NCBI GenBank assembly: GCA_964583095.1
Contig: CAZOVB010000011.1
Coordinates: forward strand, 26,134 to 90,133
Direction of reading: 5' to 3'
DNA from: an uncultured Planctomycetaceae bacterium
Lineage (GTDB): Bacteria > Planctomycetota > Phycisphaerae > SM23-33
Length of the DNA stretch: 64,000 bases
Shown: piece after piece, positions 26,486 through 35,174 of the stretch
Position numbering within the stretch: the first letter of the stretch is position 1
Layout of the letters: each line of letters begins with the position of its first letter
Notes under the pieces: generated by a model
Seen by the model: the letters and a program-made list of their open reading frames with translations, nothing else
Told to the model about the DNA's origin: nothing
Databases searched by the model: none
Program-made: the position numbers and the translations under genes

Positions 26486-29425
26486 CTATCGGCTCGAAGG
26501 GGGAGGAACTTGATCAGCTCCGGGGGGTTTGGGAGCGGCAGGAAGGATCAGGGCCGCGGCGTATTCCGGATTCAACCGGCTCCCGGCAGAGCGTCCAAGC
26601 ATGAGGTTCTTCTCGGGCTCCTGACGCTGGGATGCCCGAAGCTGCAGGTTCCAGACCGCCTGGTCGGCTGGGACAGGTCCAAAGGCCGACAGCGGCAGGG
26701 CCAGTTCGAATGTGGTTCCGTCGGAGGTGCGGCGCCCGCGGATTTGAGCCCATCGGGAAGAAGTCCGCACCGCCGGAGCGTGACGGACCCACAGGGAACT
26801 TTCCTTGTTGGCCTGGGTGTCGAAGGAGACCACAAGCTGCGTCCATGCGTCGCGGTCGGAGTCGATGGCCAGGTCGACCTGCCAGCCCGCCGGGGCCCGG
26901 CTGAGCTTGAGCCCGACCAGAAGGTGCGTGGGCGATCGGAGCAATTGCAGGCTCCCGCGCCCGGGGAAATGTTCCGTTTCCGTGCTGGAGGGCACAAGAG
27001 GATAGATCTTCGCTGTGTCCCAGATGTCCTCGTCGATTCGGCCATCGAGCTTGCCCGGCCGATTGTTGGCTGTGGCCCGGATAAGTCTCCTTCGGGTTAC
27101 GCGGGCCCGATCGGGGCTCTTGCCCGTGGTTTCAAACGTGGCATATGTGGACCAGATCCCCAACTCTTCCCGGGCGGCCAGGGCCTCGAGCAGGTCGATC
27201 TGCTGATGGACCCGGCCTGTCTGGCCGAGCATGTGGCCATAAACGACCTGGCCGGCGGGGGCATGCGACCAGGGCCACCATTTCCCGAAGGTATCGACCG
27301 GGCCGGACATCTCTGCCAAGGCGCGGGGTGTTACGCCGTTGGCTTGGCCAAGGGCCCTGGCTTCGGCCGAGAGCGACGTCACCAGCGCCAGGCAGTTGAA
27401 CCGGTGCTTCCAGGGATGGTTGCCCATATGTCTGAGCAACGTTCGCTGCGCCTGGGAGGCCGGCACCCACTGGCCCTGCCGGCAAAGCCGGGCCCAGAGG
27501 ACCAGCAGACGATCTGCGGCGAGCATGTCTGCCTCGGGAGCCTGGGAGGCCGCCCGGGTGTACTGGCGGGTCACCAGGGTGTAGTTCTTGCGAAGCTCCG
27601 CCAAAGCCAATTGGCTGTACTGGGCCAACTGGCTCCGATCTGCCCCCAGGCGGGATAGCAGCAGACGATGCTCGGTCAGGCCCATGGTGCAAAGCGGCAT
27701 CGGGTTGTTGGAAACGCCGATCTGCTTGTATCCGCTTTTCAGTGGCGGGCGATCCAGGATGCCGCCTCCCAGGGCGGCCAGGGCCCGGAGGGTTTGCATT
27801 TCCAGAGGCTCATCGGTGCCCCTTGCGGCCAGGGTCTGGTCGATGAGCACATCGGCCTGTCGCGGATCGAAGGATTCCGGCGTCTCCCACACAGCCGAGG
27901 TACTGTCGTTGATCGTCAGGCCCACAAAAACCCTCTCCGGCTTGAAGGGGAGCAGATGCACCTCGGCCAGCCCGCGGTCATCCTGCTCGCCGGCGGCGAT
28001 GGCCAGGGCTTGCCTGGCCAGTTGTGATACAAGGCGCGTCTCCATTCGGCCCCCCCGGTAGCCGACTCCCTCCGGGCCGGTGATTAGAACCCGGGGACGA
28101 TGCAGTCGAATCGCTGCGGCAAGTTGAAGGAGCATCTCCTCCCGGGCGTCGGTGTCGATCCTCCGGGACCAGAGATCGAGAATCTGCTCCTCGTCCATCC
28201 ATTGCCCGCCTTCAACGGAAGCCGTCGTAGGAAACTCGCCGATGATGGTGGACCCCGACGCCCCGGCCAAGGCGGCAGCAGAGCCAAGGCCCTGGGCACC
28301 GGAGACGTCTGAGCTGTCGGGCGCGGTGGCAAAGACGACTTCCACGCTGCAACCGGCCAGGGAGTGGGCGACGATGGCCGGATAGATGCTCTTGTCGGAG
28401 GCGGCGGCAATGACCAGCACGTCGCAGGCTTTTCGGCCGTGGATCATCTGCCAGGTCCTGCCCATGTCGGTGCTTTCCCAGATGCGCCCGGCGTTTCCGC
28501 CGGCCAGGAGATTCCCGTCGGAGGTGCGGACCAGGTCATGCACCGGCCCGGGCCCCGGGGCCGGCAGCAGATCGAAAGATCCCCCCTTGTTTTCGGTATG
28601 CAGGATCGCTCCGGTGAGCCCCCCGGCGATCCAGGCCTGTCGTTCGGGGCCGGTGGCGATGGCCTGGAAGTCGGCCAGCCGTCGTGTTTGACCCGGCAGG
28701 GTCAGGCCCACGATGCGCCAGTCTTCCTGGGGGCCCTTGGAGGCCAGGATCGTTCCCGTATCGCCGACGGCCCAGCAGGTCTGGTCTTCCAGGAATGCGG
28801 CGTCCTGCAGGGCCGGGCCTCGGGGGTCGAAATCGGAAGGGGCCAGGCGGCCTTGCCGGACCCATGCGACCCGTTGATTGGGGCCTACCAGCACGCCCAG
28901 TTCGGGAGAAAGCAACGCAGCCCCGGTGAACGAGCCCGGGCTGCCTGTCTGGAGGCAAACCCAGTCATCCGAGCCTTTCCCGCGCAGGGCCAACCCGGAA
29001 GGAAAGAGGGTGTTTGATTCTCCGCCCAGGAGCTTGGTCTCTCCTGAAAAGGCTCCGGCGCGGATCCACCCCATCCGCCCCGTGGACTGCTTATGGAGAG
29101 ACCCATCCGGCCTGACTTGGTAAAGACGCCCGATTCCCCACCTTTCGGGGTGGGCCTGGATCGATGATCCGCCCATCAAAAAGGTGCTGTCTTCCTGTAT
29201 CTGTACGGCCTGGAAATGGACGTCCGGCTCAGCCTGGAGGCCCTGGAAGCTCCGGCCGGCGTCCCGGGAGAGCAGCACGGTGCCCCGATCACCGAGAGCC
29301 CAGAGGATCTGCCCCTTGGCTGCAATGCTTCGCACGGCTCCGGGCGCCGGATCGGCCAAAGACTCCGGGCCCAGCCATGCCAGGGCAAGGAGCGTCCAGA
29401 ACCAGAAAGAGCGAGGGTGCATCAT
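26486..29425 (-). CDS. Large secreted protein: BNR/Ycf48-like propeller, a degenerate LmbE-like segment and a C-terminal CBM9-like carbohydrate-binding module
   Basis: Signal peptide MMHPRSFWFWTLLALAWLGPESLA. Asp-box motifs SRDAGRSF, STDMGRTW and TENKGGSF. The DVLVIAAASDKS segment resembles the LmbE HPDDE region without the catalytic residues. The C-terminal 180 aa is a beta-sandwich module (DGRIDEDIWDTAKIYPL...). Confidence 0.6.
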   Translation of the reverse strand: MMHPRSFWFWTLLALAWLGPESLADPAPGAVRSIAAKGQILWALGDRGTVLLSRDAGRSFQGLQAEPDVHFQAVQIQEDSTFLMGGSSIQAHPERWGIGRLYQVRPDGSLHKQSTGRMGWIRAGAFSGETKLLGGESNTLFPSGLALRGKGSDDWVCLQTGSPGSFTGAALLSPELGVLVGPNQRVAWVRQGRLAPSDFDPRGPALQDAAFLEDQTCWAVGDTGTILASKGPQEDWRIVGLTLPGQTRRLADFQAIATGPERQAWIAGGLTGAILHTENKGGSFDLLPAPGPGPVHDLVRTSDGNLLAGGNAGRIWESTDMGRTWQMIHGRKACDVLVIAAASDKSIYPAIVAHSLAGCSVEVVFATAPDSSDVSGAQGLGSAAALAGASGSTIIGEFPTTASVEGGQWMDEEQILDLWSRRIDTDAREEMLLQLAAAIRLHRPRVLITGPEGVGYRGGRMETRLVSQLARQALAIAAGEQDDRGLAEVHLLPFKPERVFVGLTINDSTSAVWETPESFDPRQADVLIDQTLAARGTDEPLEMQTLRALAALGGGILDRPPLKSGYKQIGVSNNPMPLCTMGLTEHRLLLSRLGADRSQLAQYSQLALAELRKNYTLVTRQYTRAASQAPEADMLAADRLLVLWARLCRQGQWVPASQAQRTLLRHMGNHPWKHRFNCLALVTSLSAEARALGQANGVTPRALAEMSGPVDTFGKWWPWSHAPAGQVVYGHMLGQTGRVHQQIDLLEALAAREELGIWSTYATFETTGKSPDRARVTRRRLIRATANNRPGKLDGRIDEDIWDTAKIYPLVPSSTETEHFPGRGSLQLLRSPTHLLVGLKLSRAPAGWQVDLAIDSDRDAWTQLVVSFDTQANKESSLWVRHAPAVRTSSRWAQIRGRRTSDGTTFELALPLSAFGPVPADQAVWNLQLRASQRQEPEKNLMLGRSAGSRLNPEYAAALILPAAPKPPGADQVPPPSSR

Positions 29426-29457
29426 GGCCACAGTTTGACGTTCAGGCAGGGGGTGGG

Positions 29458-30936
29458 TCAAGCCCCTGCATCCGAAGCCGGCTCGCAGGAGCGGTGGAGC
29501 GTTTCGATCAGCTCCAGGTATTCGCGGATCTGCAGGCGGGTCAGTTCGTGGTGGAGCCGAAGGCACACGAGCCGATGGTTGTGGACGTCACTCGTGGCCA
29601 GGGCTTCGGCCAGTCGGGCTCTGAGCTGTTTCGCAGCCGCACCTGTGTCGTCTTCTTTCTCGGCCAAAATCTTTCCGATCAGCTTTGCCGGCGCGGTGAG
29701 CAGGGCGATGTCGATGGCGCGTCGATCCTCGCCGGTTGCCTTTGCTTCTTCCCAGTTCCTGTTGTCGAGCCAGGTTCGAATCTCCTCGAATCTTTCCCGC
29801 ACGGGGGCCAAGCGTTTTTCGAGCTTGGAAAGGGTCCTGGCAGGCACAAACGCCTCCCGAAGATCGCGCTGGTAGTCCTGTCCTAGCCGGCCGCAATGGT
29901 ACTGCGGATCGTAGTGGAGACGCAGGTGCGTTGCGCTGAGCAGATCGGGCTGGAAGAGGCGTATGACCATGTGTGCAGCGCGGCTGCGCTGCGGGCCAAA
30001 GGCGCGGGTCAGCAATCGCTTGCGTCCTACGAGGATGCGTTTCTTCGCCTCGGCCATCTCCTCGGGCCAATCCTGTTCCTCTTCCCCGGGCCAGAGGAGC
30101 ACCTGCGAGTTGAACATGTCTGTCCGATAGTGGCGGTTGAGCTTGTCGAGGGCATCGGCTACAGCCAGGGAGACGGCCCGCATGGTCAGGGAGAACCAGA
30201 GATATTGGGGCAGCTTGCCCAGGCTCCGCTGGAGTTTCAGGCGGAAGGGGACCGGGGCCTGTCGACGAACGCCTTCCAGCACGCGGTCTCCGTCGAACTG
30301 CTGGCCGAGCTTGTTGTCCGTTCTGTCAAAGAACGCCCCATCTCGCCAGTCCTCGAAGTACCGCAGGTCCAGACCTACCTGGTATCGCTGGCGCATCTGG
30401 GGCAGGGGAGACTTCAGGGCGTATCGGGCCAGGCGAAGGAAGCGATCCCGCCCGATGGCATCTCCGGAGACCTGGCCCATCCGATCGGTCGGCTCGGGCT
30501 CATGGGCGAAGACCCTTTGCCACAGGAACTCCAGGTGCTCTTCCTGCCGGCTCTTGCGGTAGTCCTCCATGAGGTTCAAATCGCCGGCCTGGGCCTGGAC
30601 CATCCGCCTGCTGGCCAGCAGCGTCGGGATGAGCTTGAGCGTCAGTCCCCCGAAAAGACTCGCTCCGCCGACCAGCAGGGGAAGGGCGATCGCCTGCCGG
30701 GCGGTGAATCCCGCTACGCCGGCCATCTGTGTGGCATACCCGAGAATGCCGATGCCGGCGGTGAAGAGGGTATACCGCAGGCTTCGACGGTAGAGCAGGT
30801 TCCCTACGTAGTAGATCACGTCGCCCAGCTCCACGAGCCTGCGCACATCCCCCAGCATGCCGATCCTGCCTCCGAAAATGCCCTTGGGTCCCTCTTCCAT
30901 GGGCCCCAGCATGCAATCCCGGGCATCCCCGGTCAA
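29458..30936 (-). CDS. Hypothetical membrane-anchored protein (two N-terminal TM helices and a ~400 aa cytoplasmic helical domain)
   Basis: Long ORF between the pseudopilin genes and the BNR/CBM9 gene on the same strand. No recognisable family. Start uncertain (ATG at 30936, 30912 or 30900). Confidence 0.5.
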   Translation of the reverse strand: MTGDARDCMLGPMEEGPKGIFGGRIGMLGDVRRLVELGDVIYYVGNLLYRRSLRYTLFTAGIGILGYATQMAGVAGFTARQAIALPLLVGGASLFGGLTLKLIPTLLASRRMVQAQAGDLNLMEDYRKSRQEEHLEFLWQRVFAHEPEPTDRMGQVSGDAIGRDRFLRLARYALKSPLPQMRQRYQVGLDLRYFEDWRDGAFFDRTDNKLGQQFDGDRVLEGVRRQAPVPFRLKLQRSLGKLPQYLWFSLTMRAVSLAVADALDKLNRHYRTDMFNSQVLLWPGEEEQDWPEEMAEAKKRILVGRKRLLTRAFGPQRSRAAHMVIRLFQPDLLSATHLRLHYDPQYHCGRLGQDYQRDLREAFVPARTLSKLEKRLAPVRERFEEIRTWLDNRNWEEAKATGEDRRAIDIALLTAPAKLIGKILAEKEDDTGAAAKQLRARLAEALATSDVHNHRLVCLRLHHELTRLQIREYLELIETLHRSCEPASDAGA

Positions 30937-30959
30937 GTGATTGCCTCTCTCCGGGGCGA

Positions 30960-31928
30960 TCAGGGCAGGGGGCTGACCTGGCCGGCAGGGGGCTCACCTG
31001 CAAAGATTTCCCGACGCCACGTGCCCGGAACCGGTATCAGCGGGATATTGTCGATACGCCGGCGCAGGACGACATCGTCGAGCATGTAATCCGGGGCTTC
31101 GCCGGCTGAGAGGGTATTCTCCACGTAGAACCGCACCTGGCTGAGCGTGCCCGACCAGTTCAGCGTCACCTGCCCCGAGAACTTCCGCCAGGAGGTCGTA
31201 GCCTTGAACGAGGGGACCTGGACGTACTGTGTTGAGTCGGCTGCAACGGCCAGCGTGGCGATCATCTCCGAATCGGCGTCACTGACCGTCCGGATGTACC
31301 CTTCCACTTCGTAGGTGGCCCCTTTTTCGAAGGCCGAGGCATCCAGCATCTGGGCGATGCCGTTGTACCAGTTATCTCTCCGTGTTACCAATGCGCAGTG
31401 TCCGCCATTTCTGCCCGGAGAGACCACGTCCTGGATCAGCGACCAGTGGACGTTCCAGCCGACCAGCCCGGTTTCGAAATCGCCGTTGACGATGAGGTCC
31501 TCGGGAGGATCGGGCATCAACTCGACGCTCAGGGCATAGCGGGCCTCTCCGCTGTCGCTGCGCATATACAGCCGAACCGGTTGAGTATCATCGTCGGCCA
31601 GGTTGCCATCGGCCTCATCGACGAAGCAGTAATGAACGTCATATCCGGAGATCGGCGACTGGTACCACTGCCCGCTCTGGTGGAGGGATCTCCAGTTGGC
31701 CCACTGGGTCTTCTGTTCGAGGAGCAGTTGCAGAACGCGGACTGCCGAGTCGTTGAGGTGTCGAGCCTGGCTGAGTTGATCGCTCTGGCGGCTCTGGGCT
31801 CCCAGGTTCCTTACCACGGCCACCGAGGCCAGGGACAGGATGGTTACCAGCATGGCCGCTCCCAGTGTGGCCAGGTAGAGTGAGCCGCGGCAACGGCGGG
31901 CCTGAATCTTCCGCGGGCCCAGGCTCAT
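30960..31928 (-). CDS. GspK-like minor pseudopilin with a CBM4_9-like carbohydrate-binding module
   Basis: N-terminus MSLGPRKIQARRCRGSLYLATLGAAMLVTILSLASVAVV is GspK-type, lacking Glu+5. The central region DLIVNGDFETGLVGWNVHWS matches the CBM4_9 hallmark. Confidence 0.6.
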   Translation of the reverse strand: MSLGPRKIQARRCRGSLYLATLGAAMLVTILSLASVAVVRNLGAQSRQSDQLSQARHLNDSAVRVLQLLLEQKTQWANWRSLHQSGQWYQSPISGYDVHYCFVDEADGNLADDDTQPVRLYMRSDSGEARYALSVELMPDPPEDLIVNGDFETGLVGWNVHWSLIQDVVSPGRNGGHCALVTRRDNWYNGIAQMLDASAFEKGATYEVEGYIRTVSDADSEMIATLAVAADSTQYVQVPSFKATTSWRKFSGQVTLNWSGTLSQVRFYVENTLSAGEAPDYMLDDVVLRRRIDNIPLIPVPGTWRREIFAGEPPAGQVSPLP

Positions 31929-32455
31929 GGTCCCTCCGCCTTGGTTTTTACCGGATCGGGCCATTGCCAGCCTCGAAGCCACTGGATCTCCTCCAAGGGC
32001 CCCTCATCCAGAGAGACGGTCACCGTGAATCGCTTGAGGCCGGTCTTGTAGCCGGCGACCTGTTCAGGATTCGAAAGCTCTACCCATTCGACTTGAACGC
32101 TGCGGGTCAGGGATCGGGCCGAGGCGATGACCGTGCCGTCCTTTTCTTGGGGGGGAGAGGATGTCCAGTTGTGATAGTCGTCGGCATCGTCGAACAGCTC
32201 GCGGTTCGAACCGACTTCCGAACCGCCCGCACCGATGCTGCTCAAGCCCGACGTGACTGCCGGGTCCTGGAAGGGCAACTCATCGATTTCCGCGGCAAGG
32301 TCTTCGGCCAGCAGGCGCGCCTGGCATTGGAGGCGAATTCGATGCTGGCCTGCCTGGGCGACGGCCGCGGCCCGAAGGGCGGCGATGAACATCCCGGAGA
32401 TGATCACCATCGAAATCAGGACCTCCACCATGGTAAAGCCATTTCGACGCTTCAT
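31925..32455 (-). CDS. Prepilin-type minor pseudopilin (GspI-like)
   Basis: N-terminal methylation motif KRRNGFTMVEVLISMVIISG. 176 aa. 4-bp overlaps with both neighbouring genes. Confidence 0.7.
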   Translation of the reverse strand: MKRRNGFTMVEVLISMVIISGMFIAALRAAAVAQAGQHRIRLQCQARLLAEDLAAEIDELPFQDPAVTSGLSSIGAGGSEVGSNRELFDDADDYHNWTSSPPQEKDGTVIASARSLTRSVQVEWVELSNPEQVAGYKTGLKRFTVTVSLDEGPLEEIQWLRGWQWPDPVKTKAEGP

Positions 32456-34083
32456 GGCAGCACCAGTACGCGGATGCTGTCGAACCGGGCGACGGCTCCG
32501 CCGCTGAGCACGGAGGCAAACCGATCGTCGAAACTCGGGCTGATTCGGGTGTAGGAAAACGTCCCGCAGTCCTGGCCCTCGACGCGGAGGTTCACCGCGT
32601 CGAGATCGGGATCGATCACCAGCCGAACGTCGATCATTCGCCCGGGCAGGGAACCGACCTTCTTCAAGACGGTCGCGGTGGTATTGGAAGTCTTGTTGCA
32701 GAGGCTCAGCGTCTGGGTCCCGTTGGCTTCCAGAACCAGTTTCAGATAGATCGGTGCGAACTTTCCGTCGCCGGCCGAGGCGTCCGCGTTGATCCAGAAC
32801 ACCGCGCCGCCGCTATGGGTCGAGGCCGCCTGAAAGCGAAGCTCGCAGATCGTGGGTCGATCGAAATCGCACTTGCCGGAAGTGTCCAGGACGCCATCGG
32901 CGCTCCAGACGCCGTCGGAAAGGCCCGAGGTCTGGAAGTTGCTTCCGTCGCGCATGACAAAGTCGGCCCCGTCCCGTGAGAAGTCCTGCTGGGTCGGATC
33001 GCCATCGAACCGAGCTTCCCAGACTTCTTCCAGGCGTTCGGGCGCATTTTCGGGCCTCACGCTGAGATGGGCTGAAAAACTGTCATCGGGCCCCGGGCTG
33101 GCAGACAACCCGATGCGCGTGAAGAAGGTTCGCGAAATCTGCCTCTGGGCCCCGGGCAGGTAAGCCCTGCCGTAGACGTAATAGGTCAGCGAGCCGGAGG
33201 ACTGGGTCGTCCATGTGCTTCCCTCATCGTTCGAGTACTGGCGGTAGGCCCCGCATGTGGGGTCGTACTCGATCCAAGCAGAAGTGGGAGTTCCTTCCGG
33301 GCAGGAGAACACGACGCAGTATCCGCTGTCGACCGGCAGGGAGCTTGCCGAATCGAAAAGATCCATCTCCCAGTTCGCCGACCAGGACAGCTGGGAGGGG
33401 GGCTTCTGGATCCGTTGGATCAAGGTTCCCGGAGACCGGTCGGGGTTGGCGTAGTGCAAGCCGATATTCGTCTGACCGGTATCGCCGCTCCTTCTGGCCT
33501 TGTACAGGATGTATTCCATCTTCCAGGCTACCGCTCCTGCCGGAAGGGAAGGATAGAAGTACTGACCTGTCGTGTAATTGGTTTGTACCTTCTGTAAAGT
33601 GGTCGCCGTGCCCTGATGAAACCGGGAGACGGTTACCAAGGGGCCCACCTGGGGGGGGGCGGAAATCGTAAGGTTTGCAGTGCGGGTCCGGTATGCAAAC
33701 TGGAAGTCCGCCAGATCTTTCAGGATGGCCGAGGAAGAGACGCCATTGACGCTTCGCATCAGGCCGGCCCCGGAGCCGGCCCAGTGGTAGCGGATCACTT
33801 CCGGAACGCCATCGCCGTTGCGATCGTCGCAGACCAGCGTCAAGGCAGAGGACGTCGCCTCGCTGATGTGGCGACATGTGCGGATCTCTTCGGCGATCTC
33901 TTCCAGGGCCCGTGAGGCCCGGGTGGCCTGGAAGACGGGATGGTCGCTGTCGGGGACCGACCGGGAAGCCAACAGGAAAGCCGACCCGATCGCCGCCAGG
34001 AGAACCGACGTGCACCCCACGGCGGTGATCATTTCCAGGAGGGTGAATCCCCTTGGCCTTTTGACTGAGATCGTGCGGATCAT
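32452..34083 (-). CDS. Giant prepilin-type minor pseudopilin (GspJ-like, 543 aa)
   Basis: N-terminus KRPRGFTLLEMITAVGCTSVLLAAI. Contains a C9 homopolymer in frame (encoding APPQ). Confidence 0.65.
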   Translation of the reverse strand: MIRTISVKRPRGFTLLEMITAVGCTSVLLAAIGSAFLLASRSVPDSDHPVFQATRASRALEEIAEEIRTCRHISEATSSALTLVCDDRNGDGVPEVIRYHWAGSGAGLMRSVNGVSSSAILKDLADFQFAYRTRTANLTISAPPQVGPLVTVSRFHQGTATTLQKVQTNYTTGQYFYPSLPAGAVAWKMEYILYKARRSGDTGQTNIGLHYANPDRSPGTLIQRIQKPPSQLSWSANWEMDLFDSASSLPVDSGYCVVFSCPEGTPTSAWIEYDPTCGAYRQYSNDEGSTWTTQSSGSLTYYVYGRAYLPGAQRQISRTFFTRIGLSASPGPDDSFSAHLSVRPENAPERLEEVWEARFDGDPTQQDFSRDGADFVMRDGSNFQTSGLSDGVWSADGVLDTSGKCDFDRPTICELRFQAASTHSGGAVFWINADASAGDGKFAPIYLKLVLEANGTQTLSLCNKTSNTTATVLKKVGSLPGRMIDVRLVIDPDLDAVNLRVEGQDCGTFSYTRISPSFDDRFASVLSGGAVARFDSIRVLVLP

Positions 34084-34544
34084 TCGATTTCCGCCTTTCC
34101 CGAAGTGCTCTCCAGGCGGACGCTTCGGTTCTGGTCGCCGCAGGAAAGGTCAATGCGGCCCCCTGAATCGGCCAGGCCGAACCCGTTGAAGATGACGACC
34201 GAATCGCCTCCGAAGTCGACGCTGGTAATCGACGCGCGGTAGGGTTCATCGGCCAGCTTCCGCACAAAACCGGCCGATGCGTGATCCATGTGCGTCATCC
34301 CCTCGATGGCAAGGGTGCTCGCAGCAGGATCAAAGGTGACGGTGACGGACCGGGCCTGTATTTTCGCCCGGGTCCGAGCTAAGTCCATATCTCTACAAAC
34401 GATACGGGCGGCGGTGTCGGCGCGATAGATGATCATGGCCTGGGAGTATCGTGGGATGGCCACGCCTGCAACAGCTGCGATGACCGCGCAGAGGACAACC
34501 AGTTCCACGAGGGTAAAGCCATGTCTTGTCTTTGAAGGTTTCAC
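34080..34544 (-). CDS. Prepilin-type minor pseudopilin (GspH-like)
   Basis: GTG start at 34544 gives MKPSKTRHGFTLVELVVLCAVIAAVAGVAIP, with a typical short leader and G-F-T-L-x-E. The longer listed ORF extension has no coding support. Confidence 0.6.
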   Translation of the reverse strand: MKPSKTRHGFTLVELVVLCAVIAAVAGVAIPRYSQAMIIYRADTAARIVCRDMDLARTRAKIQARSVTVTFDPAASTLAIEGMTHMDHASAGFVRKLADEPYRASITSVDFGGDSVVIFNGFGLADSGGRIDLSCGDQNRSVRLESTSGKAEIE

Positions 34545-34644
34545 CGAGTCCTCTTTCCATCCTGTCTGCGCGCGGACTCCAAGTCGCACGTATTGTGGAT
34601 ATCGGCGCTTCGGTCGGGGGGCTTGACTGGGGACAATCGATTCT

Positions 34645-34672
34645 TTGCACAGGCGGGGGGCTTTCTTATAAT
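34645..34672 (+). promoter_or_regulatory. Sigma70-type promoter: TTGCAC, 16-nt spacer, TATAAT
   Basis: -35 TTGCAC at 34645-34650 and -10 TATAAT at 34667-34672, about 55 nt upstream of the ATG at 34728. Confidence 0.45.
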
Positions 34673-34727
34673 CGAGAGGCATTTCGGGATTTCGCAGAGT
34701 CAAATCGACATTTTTCAGGAGAAAGCC

Positions 34728-35171
34728 ATGACCGGGAAGAATCGCGACAACATCGAAGACATCGAGGAAGAAATCTCTTTTGACGAGCCGCTGGCGATGG
34801 CGGATGAAGAAGAAGAGATCGAACTGGCCAAGCCCGAAGCCGAGGAAGATGAGGAAGAGACCATCAGTCTCATCGACGACGAGGAACTGCACGCCTCGCA
34901 GGTTCGCGCCTTTGGCGGAGCGGCTTCCAAGATGGGCGCAGGGCACAAGGCTGATTTCCAGAGGGCCCTGAACAACTCCGGCCAGGGGGCCACACGCTGC
35001 CGGATCTTCCATTCCAAGCTGGCCGCGACGAGCCTGGAATACATGGAGAAGCAGATCAACGACTGGGTGGATTCGGACCCGACAATCGACATCAAGCAGG
35101 TGGGCCATTCCATTGGGGTGATGACCGGCAAGACGGCTGAGACCAGCCTGATCGTGACCGTCTGGTATTGA
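34728..35171 (+). CDS. Small hypothetical protein with an acidic N-terminal half (147 aa)
   Basis: ATG at 34728 after SD-like AGGAGAAAG. The N-terminal 70 aa are about 35% Asp/Glu. Driven by a near-consensus promoter at 34645-34672. Confidence 0.5.
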   Translation: MTGKNRDNIEDIEEEISFDEPLAMADEEEEIELAKPEAEEDEEETISLIDDEELHASQVRAFGGAASKMGAGHKADFQRALNNSGQGATRCRIFHSKLAATSLEYMEKQINDWVDSDPTIDIKQVGHSIGVMTGKTAETSLIVTVWY

Positions 35172-35174
35172 GGT

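Noticed and set aside
34545-35108. Upstream 188-codon extension of the GspH-like ORF (34080..35108)
   Set aside because: The extension has no coding character and overlaps the divergent promoter and the 34728 gene. A GTG at 34544 gives a canonical short prepilin leader.
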